A stretch of 32,000 nucleotides of DNA from contig OZ253496.1 of assembly GCA_965262115.1 (NCBI GenBank), positions 875,802 to 907,801 on the forward strand, read 5' to 3'. The stretch comes from Nitrospinales bacterium (GTDB lineage Bacteria > Nitrospinota > Nitrospinia > Nitrospinales > VA-1). A program made the position numbers and the translations under genes. Positions within the stretch are counted from its first letter, which is position 1, and each line of letters opens with the position of its first letter. Positions 23,526 to 32,000 of this stretch are shown in pieces. The notes beneath the pieces are model-generated. The model made no database searches. It was not told the origin of the DNA and saw only the letters and a program-made list of their open reading frames with translations.

Positions 23526-24581
23526 TCAGGAAAATTCAAACCGGCGGATGGACTCCACCATGGCTGAGGCAGAACGGGCGCTGATAAATTTTTGCTGGTC
23601 ATAGCCCTTGACCATGTCCCAAGCCTGTTCAGGATACATCTCAATCAGGGGAAGGGCCACGTCATCCAGCATCCATTGCCCGTGGCGGATATCTTCCTGA
23701 ATGTGAAGGTCCCAATAGCGGGTGCCCTTGTCACCCATCCCCAGGCGTTCTCCTGCCATTTTGATATTCTGAAAAGCGGCGGGAACAGAAACTTCGGTAT
23801 ACAACAAACCGCCGACATAACGTAAAAAGTTTTTCTTACGCTCGGAAAGGAAAAAGCTATGGTTGATGTTGGCCAGCACTTCCCACGGCACAAGATCAAA
23901 ATAAGCTTCCGGCCTGGAGTCCATATCGCATTCTTCCAGCATGGTCGCAAAATGAGTGGAATGTTTTCTGGAAAACTTCCCACTGCCATACTCTTCCCAT
24001 AAAATCCGGGTCAGCATCGTCTGCACCTCGTTTCCGACACCTCCCAACATTCGAGAAAGCTGACTGGCTTCCACCAAACCATCCAGGGAAGTGATGGCAA
24101 GCAATCGCTGATATCCGGATTTTGAAATTTCATTGCGGATGATCAATCCATCCGGAGAAGGCTCGGGTTGCAGGTCTTCTCCCACGCGGTCACGGAGGGC
24201 GTCGATGAGATTACCAGAATAGCGCGGGACACTATTACGCTCCTCCCAACCCTGCCATGCATTTTCAATTTTCAAACGCAAAGAAAACAGAAAGCTGGAA
24301 TCTTCATTGGCATAATTTTCCAACTCGTCATACCAAAACAGCTTCAAACGGTTGATGCGATAAAGAATCCTTTGCAAAAACAGGTGGGCCTGGGGGCATC
24401 CCTCGCCATCATTAAAAGCATCCGACAAGGACGTTTCCAGTTCCGAATTAAAACTTGCGGCCTTCTCAGGATTTTCTGAAATGACCCGATCCAGATCATC
24501 TAAATGCAACAATCCGACAAACTCCTCCTCCAATTCATGATATGCAAAATCAGTTGAGTCCGTTTGCAAATTAAAATTCAT
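23526..24581 (-). CDS. Heme-oxygenase-like diiron oxidase/oxygenase family protein (iron-containing redox enzyme, Haem_oxygenas_2-like)
   Basis: The full ligand pattern is present: EEYGSGKFSRKH (E-x9/10-H), LLYTEVSVP (E) and WDLHIQEDIRHGQW (H-x3-D-x2-H). The protein is 351 aa and all-helical in character. Confidence 0.75.
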   Translation of the reverse strand: MNFNLQTDSTDFAYHELEEEFVGLLHLDDLDRVISENPEKAASFNSELETSLSDAFNDGEGCPQAHLFLQRILYRINRLKLFWYDELENYANEDSSFLFSLRLKIENAWQGWEERNSVPRYSGNLIDALRDRVGEDLQPEPSPDGLIIRNEISKSGYQRLLAITSLDGLVEASQLSRMLGGVGNEVQTMLTRILWEEYGSGKFSRKHSTHFATMLEECDMDSRPEAYFDLVPWEVLANINHSFFLSERKKNFLRYVGGLLYTEVSVPAAFQNIKMAGERLGMGDKGTRYWDLHIQEDIRHGQWMLDDVALPLIEMYPEQAWDMVKGYDQQKFISARSASAMVESIRRFEFS

Positions 24582-24788
24582 AAGCTTTGGGAATATGAAG
24601 ATTAGAATTAGGGTCTGTTTATTCCTCTAAAAACCAGAACCCGAAAAACATCTTTACTGTCGGAAGCTTTGCCTCGCAGTAATCGTCAGAGACGATAAAT
24701 AAAGATGTAAAAAGGAGTTAAGAGACGTACTATAACAAACACCATCAACAAGGTCAAATTCACCAGGCAGGAAGAGGAGCCACCGTTC

Positions 24789-25784
24789 TTGTTTGAAACA
24801 AAAATACTGAAATCCGGACCGCAATCATTCTCCCCCGAAGAACAGTTTGCCGACACCGTCAACACTGGCCTTTCCCTTGAAAACAAGCGTTTGCCATCAT
24901 GGCTGATCTTTGACAGCGTGGGAAGTGAGATTTTCAAAAAGATAACGGAACTCGCAGGATATCTTCCCGCCGCATGTGAATTTGAAATTATTCGCAACCA
25001 TAAAAACAATATTGCAAAACTTATCACCGGTAACACCTTCAACCTTATAGAACTCGGTTCAGGCGATGGATGCAAGACCCGGATTCTCATTGAGCATTTG
25101 CTGAGTAAGAAATCCAGTTTTCACTATTTCCCCATTGACATTTCCCACGGAGCGGTTACAAATCTGGTTCGGTCATTGGAAGACAACCACTCCGGCGCAT
25201 CCCTGAAGGTCACAGGATTAACCGGAGATTATTTTGAGGGTCTCAAAGCCATTTTCCAGGATGGCCCAACGCAAAACCTGGTCCTCTTTCTCGGAGTCAC
25301 CTTGAATAATATGGATCCGGACACGGCCCAGTCTTTTCTGAAAAATTTATGCAATGCATTGGGGGCGAAGGATTATCTGCTAATCGGGTTTGACCTCATG
25401 AAAAATCCCAAATTGCTTTATTCTGCCTACAATGATTCCGAAGGACTCTTTGAAAAATTCAACCTGCACCTGCTGGACCGCATTAATCAGGAACTGGGCG
25501 CCGATTTTAACAAAGAGCACTTTGTGCAACAGGGCCAGTTCAATCCCGATACCCGCGCTGTAGAAAGTTATCTTTTCAGCACGCGGGACCAGACCGTGTA
25601 TATCAAGGCTTTAAACAAGAACTTTCACTTCAAAGCCTGGGAAGCGATGCAGACCGAGCAGTCCTTTAAATACACCCTTGAAGAAATAGAACACCTGGCC
25701 GTTAAAAACGGATTTGAAGTCGTGGAGCATTTATTTGACTCCCGAAAATATTTTGTGGATTCAATTTGGAAGGTTGCCCACTAA
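24789..25784 (+). CDS. EgtD-family (Methyltransf_33) SAM-dependent amino-acid N-alpha-methyltransferase
   Basis: Colinear with EgtD: LPSWLIFDSVGSEIF..IT.L..Y......E..I, LIELGSGDGCKT..L, YFPIDIS, LTGDYF, LFLGVTLNN, LLIGFDL.K.......AYNDS.G....FNLH.L.R.N and TEQSFKY. TTG start about 10 nt after GAGGAG. Confidence 0.8.
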   Translation: MFETKILKSGPQSFSPEEQFADTVNTGLSLENKRLPSWLIFDSVGSEIFKKITELAGYLPAACEFEIIRNHKNNIAKLITGNTFNLIELGSGDGCKTRILIEHLLSKKSSFHYFPIDISHGAVTNLVRSLEDNHSGASLKVTGLTGDYFEGLKAIFQDGPTQNLVLFLGVTLNNMDPDTAQSFLKNLCNALGAKDYLLIGFDLMKNPKLLYSAYNDSEGLFEKFNLHLLDRINQELGADFNKEHFVQQGQFNPDTRAVESYLFSTRDQTVYIKALNKNFHFKAWEAMQTEQSFKYTLEEIEHLAVKNGFEVVEHLFDSRKYFVDSIWKVAH

Positions 25785-26171
25785 AGCACACTCCGGCATG
25801 GGCATTTAAAGCTGTTAGGCTTTTATTGAGAGGTGTTAAAAGGATGTCAACGTCAGGCAGCGATTCTTTGCAGGACATCCAGCGTCAGGCAGGTTCGAGC
25901 CACATTTTTTTCCATGGAAAAGTAAATCTCATAGGCTCCCATATTGGAAAAAGCAAGCTCAAAGGATTCTCCTGAAAGAAACTCTGCTACTAAAAGTATC
26001 TCCCAGGAATAGGAAGATACTTGTAATTTATCAGGTGTTTGTCCTATATTTGGGGTGGCGAGCTGGTCTTGAATCGCAGGAAACGATCCTTTCAAAGGAA
26101 ATAGCTGCACAAGCAACAAATTTTATGGGTTATCCGTTGACTTATATTCTCAGTTCCCGGTTTTTTTTCTT

Positions 26172-27941
26172 TTAGCGTTTTTGATGAAGATTATTCATAG
26201 GCAGGCTGAAGTGAAATGTAGCACCATGACCGAGCTGGCTATCGACCCCGATACTTCCCTGATGTTCTTCGACAATTCTCTGGGCAATGGCCAACCCCAA
26301 CCCGGAACTGCTTTCACCTGCAGTGGGGCGAGCGCTTAATTTTTGAAAATGCTGGAATAACTGTCCTTGCTCATCCGCGGAAATCCCCGGCCCTTCATCC
26401 TTTACGCTTAAAGTCATGGTTTCCCCATGCGACACCAGTTTGACAAAAACCTCTTTATCAGGCGGCGAATACTTCACTGCGTTGCTGAGAAGGTTATCCA
26501 CCACCTGCCCGATTCGGTTTGCATCAAAATAAAATTCAGGAACCTCTTCAAAATCCGCATGGAGCCTGATATTTTTTTTGTCCGCCAAAATCTGTTGCAG
26601 ATGAATCTTCTCTTCTGCAAGTTTTTTTATGGATGACTTTTCGGGATTCAATTTCAACTGGCCGCTTTCGATCACCGAGATATCCAGAAGGTTGCTGATC
26701 AGTTCCAGCATATTTCCGCTGACATTTTTAATGGTTGTTAAAAACTCCTGCCGGGTATCTTCTTTGACTTGCGTTCCTTTATCTAAAAGAAACTTGGAAT
26801 AGCCGCGAATGGAAGCAAGAGGATTCCTGAGGTCATGCGATGCGATCCCGAGAAATTTATTTTTCAAATCGTTCACCTCAACAAGCTTCTCGTTCGCCAG
26901 AGTCAGTTCTTCCGTGCGAACCTGAACCTCTCTCTCCACAACGCGGGTCCGCGATGCCATCATCTCAATGATGATGGAAAGGAACAGAGCCCCTGAAAAG
27001 ATAGCAACGCCCACCCAGAACGCGTTTAATGTTTGAGGACCGTCGCGAAACTCCCTGGTCGCCTGCCAAACCAGGAACCATCGACGATTGGAAACATTGA
27101 CCACGTTGGTGATGCTCATGGCCGGGTTCTTCAACGGACTACCATAAAGCAGGTTTCCCTCAACCAGTTCGCCTTCTTCATAAACGGTCAAGTTCATCCC
27201 TTTGGGAATATAAGGACTGACCATTTGGTCAATCATGTCCTGCACCCGGTATATGCCCAGCACAAAACCTTTTAGATGCTCCCGCCGTTCTTCAGTGCGT
27301 TCCGCCCTTTTATTATAGAAGGGAGCCAGGATGATGAGATCCGATTGCGAGTGGGCATTGGGAACCGGGCCAAACCGCGAAGCCGCAACCGCCCTGCCCG
27401 AATCTCTGGCAGCATTGGCAAGCTGTAACAATTGTGGATCGGAGGCCAGGTCAAACCCCAGCGTCTGTTCATTGCCGGGAAGCGGCTCCGAATAATGCAC
27501 CGGAAAATATTCCTGCTTCGCCTCGGAAGGGCCGGAAGATCCAAAGATATGAAACTCGGCATATCCCACAGAACGGGTAATGCCTTCGAACCCTTCCCTT
27601 TCAGAGTGGTCAATGCGCGGAACCCACTCAAACGCCTGAATGAAAGGATGATTCCCTAAAAGGGGCTGAACATAAACTCCAAACTCTTCCCGGCTTACAA
27701 ACTCCGAAGAACGGTAAAGAGAAACGATGCCGCCCAATTCCCTTTTCACCACTTCAAGTTCACCGGTCAAAATAAGGGTGTCTTCCAGCACCTCTTGTTC
27801 CAGTTCATCAAACCAGACTTTCTGAGCCCGGTCGCGGACAATGCCCCAACTCATCACAGCCAGAATCAATCCCGCTATCAGTACACCTCTGGTCTGGCTT
27901 GCCAATGATCTCATTCCATCTTTCTCTGAAATTGTAAACAT
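26172..27941 (-). CDS. Sensor histidine kinase with a periplasmic CHASE domain
   Basis: Domain order is TM, a roughly 270-aa extracytoplasmic domain (..FIQAFEWVPRIDHSEREGFE..), TM, coiled coil, HisKA (LGIASHDLRNPLASI) and HATPase (NAVKYSP, DEGPGIS, GLGLAIAQRIV). Confidence 0.9.
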   Translation of the reverse strand: MFTISEKDGMRSLASQTRGVLIAGLILAVMSWGIVRDRAQKVWFDELEQEVLEDTLILTGELEVVKRELGGIVSLYRSSEFVSREEFGVYVQPLLGNHPFIQAFEWVPRIDHSEREGFEGITRSVGYAEFHIFGSSGPSEAKQEYFPVHYSEPLPGNEQTLGFDLASDPQLLQLANAARDSGRAVAASRFGPVPNAHSQSDLIILAPFYNKRAERTEERREHLKGFVLGIYRVQDMIDQMVSPYIPKGMNLTVYEEGELVEGNLLYGSPLKNPAMSITNVVNVSNRRWFLVWQATREFRDGPQTLNAFWVGVAIFSGALFLSIIIEMMASRTRVVEREVQVRTEELTLANEKLVEVNDLKNKFLGIASHDLRNPLASIRGYSKFLLDKGTQVKEDTRQEFLTTIKNVSGNMLELISNLLDISVIESGQLKLNPEKSSIKKLAEEKIHLQQILADKKNIRLHADFEEVPEFYFDANRIGQVVDNLLSNAVKYSPPDKEVFVKLVSHGETMTLSVKDEGPGISADEQGQLFQHFQKLSARPTAGESSSGLGLAIAQRIVEEHQGSIGVDSQLGHGATFHFSLPMNNLHQKR

Positions 27942-28097
27942 GATCAGTTTATCATTTTTTTCTTAAAATTAACGCCACCCGGCCGCAGCGTGATGCTGGA
28001 CTCAAATTGTAATAACTCTTTCCGGTTAACAAAGAGCTGGCTCGGCTTAAAAAACTTTATTATATTCCTTCTCACGGGAGTGAGCTACAATCATAAA

Positions 28098-29468
28098 ATG
28101 ACCAACGAATTAATATTTGTAGTCGATGACGATGCCCCGCTAAGAGGCTTGATGAAAGCACTTCTGGAAGACCAAGGCTACACAGTGCGGGATTTCGAAA
28201 GCGGTCACGCCTTGCTCGACTCGTTGGACGACAGCCCTTCTCTGATCCTGCTTGACGTGATGATGCCTGGGCTTGATGGGGTGGAAACCTTGAAGCGGAT
28301 CAAAGCCGCGCGTCCGGACCTGCCGGTCATTATGCTGACCAGTGTTGACAAGGTGGAAACTGCGGTGGAAGTCATTAAACAGGGCGCTTACGATTATTTA
28401 TTGAAGCCTGTTGACGAGCCTCGCCTGTTCACCTGCCTGGATAAAGCTTTTGAACAAAGAAATCTTGTTCGCAAGGTCAACCACCTGCAAGGCGAAGTGG
28501 ACCGTCTATCCGGCAAATATGGCATCATCGGAAAAAGCAAGACGCTCAATGAAACACTGAAAAAAGTTCATCAGGTCTCTGCCAGCAAAGCTGGTGTCCT
28601 CATCCTTGGGGAAACCGGAACCGGCAAGGAACTCATTGCCCGCGCCGTCCACCGAAACAGTTCCTACGCCACCGGGCCTTTTGTCGACATCAATTGTGGA
28701 GCTATCCCTGAAACGCTTCAGGAAAGCGAATTATTCGGCCATAAAAAAGGCGCTTTCACTGGTGCCATCGAGTCCCGTGTGGGAAAACTGGAACTGGCGA
28801 ATGGGGGTACTCTGTTTCTCGATGAAGTGGCGGAAATGAGCCCCGCCACTCAGGCAAAACTTCTGCGTTTTCTACAGAAAAAAAGTTTTGAACGCGTCGG
28901 TGACAACCAGAAAATCCAAGTCGATACCCGTGTGGTCTGTGCGACCAACAAGAATCTTAAGACTTTAATCGACAAAGGAAGCTTTCGCGAAGACCTTTAT
29001 TATCGGATCGCCGTTTTCCCCATCGAAGTTCCCGCGCTTCGTGACCGGGTGGAGGACATTCCCCTGCTCTGCACCCACTTCCTCAAAAAATATCAGGAAG
29101 AGGTTGGCAAGGACGTTCTGTCGGTCAGCGATGAAGCCATGCAGATTTTGCAGGATTATTCATGGCCAGGAAATATCCGCCAATTGGAAAACACAATTTA
29201 CCAGTCCATGATCGTCACTTCCTACGACACCATAGATGCCGACTGCCTGCCGGAAGGAGTCTGCGACTCTTCAGCTCCTGCTAATGAGAAGATAAACGAA
29301 AAAGCTTCTTCCGGTTCCACAATCTTCACCCCCTACCATGATGTGGTCAAACAAACCTTGAAGCAGGCCCTGGAACAAACCGGTGGAAACATTCCCGGCG
29401 CGGCCAAGGCTTTGGGTATCAGCCGCAGCACGTTTTACCGCATGCTGAAAAAATACCAACTGAACTGA
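28098..29468 (+). CDS. Sigma-54-dependent response regulator (NtrC family)
   Basis: REC domain (VVDDD...[10 protein letters not shown]), AAA+ domain ([14 protein letters not shown], ..RFLQ...FERVG) and C-terminal Fis-type HTH ([19 protein letters not shown]). I prefer ATG 28098 (MTNELIF) over the track start at 27990. Confidence 0.92.
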   Translation: MTNELIFVVDDDAPLRGLMKALLEDQGYTVRDFESGHALLDSLDDSPSLILLDVMMPGLDGVETLKRIKAARPDLPVIMLTSVDKVETAVEVIKQGAYDYLLKPVDEPRLFTCLDKAFEQRNLVRKVNHLQGEVDRLSGKYGIIGKSKTLNETLKKVHQVSASKAGVLILGETGTGKELIARAVHRNSSYATGPFVDINCGAIPETLQESELFGHKKGAFTGAIESRVGKLELANGGTLFLDEVAEMSPATQAKLLRFLQKKSFERVGDNQKIQVDTRVVCATNKNLKTLIDKGSFREDLYYRIAVFPIEVPALRDRVEDIPLLCTHFLKKYQEEVGKDVLSVSDEAMQILQDYSWPGNIRQLENTIYQSMIVTSYDTIDADCLPEGVCDSSAPANEKINEKASSGSTIFTPYHDVVKQTLKQALEQTGGNIPGAAKALGISRSTFYRMLKKYQLN

Positions 29469-29625
29469 CATCATCCCATTCTGACCCTGACAAAATCCCG
29501 CAATGGGACGATCCTGTCCCGAAATGGCATTTGCTGACCCGGCCTTCCTCTTCCCTTCCCAACAACTATTTCCAAACTCCTTGTGAAATCATAAGTTAAG
29601 GATTTTATTTTTTTCTCGGCTATTC

Positions 29626-29641
29626 CGGCACAGGCTTTGCT
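29626..29641 (+). promoter_or_regulatory. Sigma-54 (-24/-12) promoter
   Basis: CGGCACAGGCTTTGCT matches TGGCAC-N5-TTGCW, with GG at 29627..29628 and GC at 29639..29640 (GG-N10-GC). It lies downstream of the NtrC-type gene and 250 nt upstream of the cupredoxin gene. Confidence 0.75.
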
Positions 29642-29891
29642 CTCTATAAAGTTGAAAGACCAGAAAGGAAGGCACCTATGAAAAACTCAAACGCAAAGAT
29701 ATCTCAACCTGTTGGCGCCGAATTGCAACACCTCGACCCGCACTCAGTCCTCGCTGAACGCAAACAGAGGCGTGCATGCATCCCGCGGATGCCTTCCCCG
29801 CTGGATACAGTTGGGACCGGGAGTGACCTCCTTTTCCCGGTCCCTCCCCTCAACGGGAAAAATTTATCAAGAAACATAGAGGGAAAACATC

Positions 29892-30707
29892 ATGAAAAAT
29901 TTTAACTTTGTGGCAATCACTACCGTAATTGCGCTGGCTTTGGCCGGCAATGCTCAGGCAAAAAAATCAAGTTATGAAGAAATACAGGTTTCCAATGGCG
30001 GGTCTATTTCAGGAAGCGTGGTGTTCAATGGCAACGTTCTCGACCCCATCCTGGAAGATTTGAGCAAAGGCAAAAATGCCGAGTTCTGCGCCACCCATCC
30101 CGACACCCTGGAAGGTGGAATCCGACCCCGGCAAAAGGTCATCGTTCATGATGGAAAACTTGAAAACGCAGTGGTATTGATCGAAAACATCAGCAAGGGG
30201 AAAGCCTGGTCGCAAGAAACTGTGAATTTTGATTTCCGGCAATGCGATATTTTCCCCAAGGTAACGGTCATCCGCAAATCCCCGAAAGGAACCAAGAAGG
30301 GATTAGTAAAGATCACCAACCAGGACGAAAATATCCTGCACAACCCGCACGGTTATTCCATCAAAGGTGCCAACAGGAAAACGCTGTTCAACAAACCGCT
30401 TCCGTCAAAAGGTTCTGTGGCCGATGTCACAAAATCTCTCAAACGGTTCAAACCGAAAAAGGATTCCCATTTCTTCCTGCAATGCGATCAGCACAGCTAT
30501 ATGGAAGCTGATGCGCGAATTGTCTGGAATCCCTACTACACCGTAAGCAGCAAAGATGGTTCCTTCACGCTGGACCATATCCCAGCCGGAAAATACAGAG
30601 TCACAGCATGGCACCCCTATGTTGGGCAGGTGACTCAAGAGATCACGGTGGCAGAAGGAGCCAAGGCCAGCACCAACTTTGAATTAGCAGGCAAAAAATC
30701 ATTCTAA
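29892..30707 (+). CDS. Secreted cupredoxin-like (type-1 copper) protein with a carboxypeptidase-regulatory-like beta domain
   Basis: The signal peptide ends ..ALAGNAQA. Candidate T1Cu ligands are H150/H153 (ILHNPHG) and C198-x2-H201-x2-M204 (LQCDQHSYM, amicyanin-type spacing). The C-terminus is DGSFTLDHIPAGKYRVTAWHPYVG. Confidence 0.7.
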   Translation: MKNFNFVAITTVIALALAGNAQAKKSSYEEIQVSNGGSISGSVVFNGNVLDPILEDLSKGKNAEFCATHPDTLEGGIRPRQKVIVHDGKLENAVVLIENISKGKAWSQETVNFDFRQCDIFPKVTVIRKSPKGTKKGLVKITNQDENILHNPHGYSIKGANRKTLFNKPLPSKGSVADVTKSLKRFKPKKDSHFFLQCDQHSYMEADARIVWNPYYTVSSKDGSFTLDHIPAGKYRVTAWHPYVGQVTQEITVAEGAKASTNFELAGKKSF

Positions 30708-30755
30708 CCGTGAAATTCCATGAACCATCATTATTTAGTAAGAGGAGAAAAGAAA

Positions 30756-31184
30756 ATGAAACGAATTATTATATTAACCGCAGTCAGTATGCTGTTGTTC
30801 ACAACAGCCACCTGGGCGGCCAGTAACTGCCCACAGCTCCGAAAAACCAAATCGGCCCCTTCCAACATCGCGTCGATGGACAAGACCGCCAAAGCCGATG
30901 CGGGAAAAGGAAAAAAGATCTATGAAAAAGGGGCCAAACCTCTGGCCTGTAAAATGTGCCATGGAGAAAGCGGCGACGGCATGGGCAAACTGGGCAAAGC
31001 GCTGAAACCCAACCCGCGCAACTTCACCTGTAGCACTACCATGAAAGATGTTTCTGCCGGACAAATGTTCTGGGTCATCAAAAACGGGTCAACCGGAACC
31101 GGAATGGTCGCTCACAAAAAAACATTGAAGGATAAAGAGATTTGGGATGTGGTGAAATACATCCGCCAAACCTGGGTCCGTTAG
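30756..31184 (+). CDS. Monoheme class I c-type cytochrome
   Basis: The signal peptide is MKRIIILTAVSMLLFTTATWA. Heme attachment is CKMCH, and the distal Met region is GTGMVAH. RBS AGGAGA-N7-ATG at 30756. Confidence 0.85.
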   Translation: MKRIIILTAVSMLLFTTATWAASNCPQLRKTKSAPSNIASMDKTAKADAGKGKKIYEKGAKPLACKMCHGESGDGMGKLGKALKPNPRNFTCSTTMKDVSAGQMFWVIKNGSTGTGMVAHKKTLKDKEIWDVVKYIRQTWVR

Positions 31185-31263
31185 GCACGGGGCCAGCTTG
31201 CAATAGCATTATCAGCTAGCGAAGAGTTGTCTCGGCTTAAACAAACCATAGTAGTTTTTCAAT

Positions 31264-31300
31264 AATTCCCCCTGACAAGGGGGATTAAGGGTGTTTGCTT
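31264..31300. repeat. GC hairpin repeat unit (C-run/loop/G-run followed by ..AGG..TTTGC)
   Basis: ATTCCCCCTGACAAGGGGGATTAAGGGTGTTTGCTTT contains the stem CCCCCT/AGGGGG. Related units occur at 31449..31540 and, more weakly, at 22618..22646. Confidence 0.5.
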
Positions 31301-31308
31301 TAAACAGA

Positions 31309-31345
31309 GGGTTCGTCCACTGTCAAGGGGACGAACCCTTTTTTT
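31309..31345 (+). terminator. Rho-independent terminator of the cupredoxin-cytochrome c operon
   Basis: GGGTTCGTCC-actgtcaagg-GGACGAACCC is followed by TTTTTTT. Confidence 0.85.
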
Positions 31346-31448
31346 CGTGGAGCAGAACCATGAACCCCAAATCACCCCAGCCCTTGTGATATTTCTTCCT
31401 CAACTTTCATGCCCGGTACGGGTACTTTGAAAAAGAGTGGTCCATTGA

Positions 31449-31540
31449 AGCTCCCTCTTCTACGAAGAGGGTTGAGGAGATTTGCTTTTTGCCTCCTCTC
31501 CCTTCATAGGGAGGGACTGAGGGAGGGTTGGATTAAAAGT
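31449..31540. repeat. Two further GC hairpin repeat units
   Basis: CCCTCTTC-tac-GAAGAGGG followed by TTGAGGAGATTTGCTTTTT. Then CTCCCT-tcat-AGGGAG followed by GGACTGAGGGAGGGTTGG. Confidence 0.45.
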
Positions 31541-31608
31541 TGCGCGTTTAGGAAGGATCAAGCAGGTTCTTGACTATAACTTTGCCTCCCTCGCCAGAGG
31601 GCCGGTTT

Positions 31609-32000
31609 TTATTTTTGTTCGGCCTGAGGCGGGTTTAGTTTTTCCAGTTCATATTTTTCGATCAGGCCCTCCAGTTTCTTATTAAAAGCTTCCGACTGCG
31701 TGTGTTCCCTGCCCCATTCACTACCAATCACCCCCGCTTCGCGGCTGATGAGGGGCATCTTTTCCTTCCACTCATTCCAGAAAGGCGTCTCAAACATGGT
31801 GATGAGTTTTTTTACCGTCTCGTGCGACATATGCTTGTCATAAACCGGAATCACCCGGGTCACTAAATCATCCATTTCCTTCTTGCCGATCAGTTGATTG
31901 AACTCGCCCCAGAACGCTTCGGGAACATTGGGGAATGACCCCGTCACCATCATTGAGACATTGTTCAGGAGAGAGTCCTGCATATAATCCAACTGATCCA
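31609..32000 (-). CDS. DUF2059-like protein, probably N-terminally truncated by the window edge
   Basis: ..VIPVYDKHMSHETVKKLITMFETPFWNEWKEKMPLI.. resembles the DUF2059 pattern. No signal peptide is seen before the window ends. Confidence 0.5.
   Translation of the reverse strand, partial: DQLDYMQDSLLNNVSMMVTGSFPNVPEAFWGEFNQLIGKKEMDDLVTRVIPVYDKHMSHETVKKLITMFETPFWNEWKEKMPLISREAGVIGSEWGREHTQSEAFNKKLEGLIEKYELEKLNPPQAEQK

Noticed and set aside
25785-26171. ORFs 25766..25975 (+) and 25853..26119 (-) in the gap between the methyltransferase and the kinase
   Set aside because: They overlap each other. The minus-strand ORF needs a TTG start without a convincing RBS. I recognise no motifs, so the support is insufficient to call either.
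1-32000. Possible reassignment or read-through of TAG, prompted by two in-frame TAG codons (2209 and 23115)
   Set aside because: Well-supported genes end in TAG at a normal C-terminus: speA at 7124..7126 and the suhB-like gene at 6431..6433. TAG therefore functions as a stop. Pseudogenisation or sequence error is the simpler explanation.
1-32000. CRISPR arrays, rRNA genes, transposases or integrases
   Set aside because: I saw no regularly spaced direct repeats, no rRNA-like conserved blocks and no ORF with DDE, tyrosine- or serine-recombinase signatures. The only mobile-element trace is the tRNA fragment region.

Overview
This is a 32-kb chromosomal window from a bacterium that uses sigma-54 regulation. 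The gene content looks Nitrospina/Nitrospira-like, but that is only a guess. I support about 38 protein genes, 2 tRNAs, several promoters and terminators, and three families of short repeats.

Left part (0-10.6 kb): a frameshifted SPFH gene, then a decayed non-coding stretch holding a tRNA-Pro-like 3' fragment with its own terminator (possible integration scar). Next come a NirD-like Rieske protein, tRNA-Glu(CUC), a membrane protein and tRNA-Gln(CUG). Housekeeping genes follow: rsmD, mnmA, a suhB-like phosphatase, an M48 lipoprotein, speA and lysA.

Middle (10.6-15.7 kb): a minus-strand membrane/redox gene string. In transcription order it encodes a CYCxC protein, a TlpA-like thioredoxin, a His/Met-rich secreted protein, a fused cytochrome b with PPWQ in place of PEWY, a glutaredoxin-like protein and a pterin carbinolamine dehydratase. 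bpt and a GT2 transferase follow.

Standout (15.8-19.5 kb): a MerR-family regulator with a three-Cys, divalent-metal-type site sits divergent to a textbook MerR promoter (19-bp spacer, 23-bp palindrome). That promoter drives six tightly coupled genes: DUF169, a CxxC thioredoxin-like protein, a SAM methyltransferase, an unmistakable HgcA-family corrinoid membrane protein (cap helix NVWCAAAEG), a 62-aa Cys-rich protein and a double YHS/TRASH protein. There is no HgcB ferredoxin, and vicinal Cys-Cys pairs are unusually dense. I read it as a candidate metal-inducible corrinoid methyl-transfer system distinct from canonical hgcAB.

Right part (19.5-32 kb): an RNI-type LRR protein, ald, and an amber-interrupted Sel1 gene. 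A heme-oxygenase-like diiron enzyme sits divergent to an EgtD-family methyltransferase. A CHASE histidine kinase and an NtrC-type regulator lie next to a sigma-54 promoter that drives a cupredoxin-cytochrome c pair.
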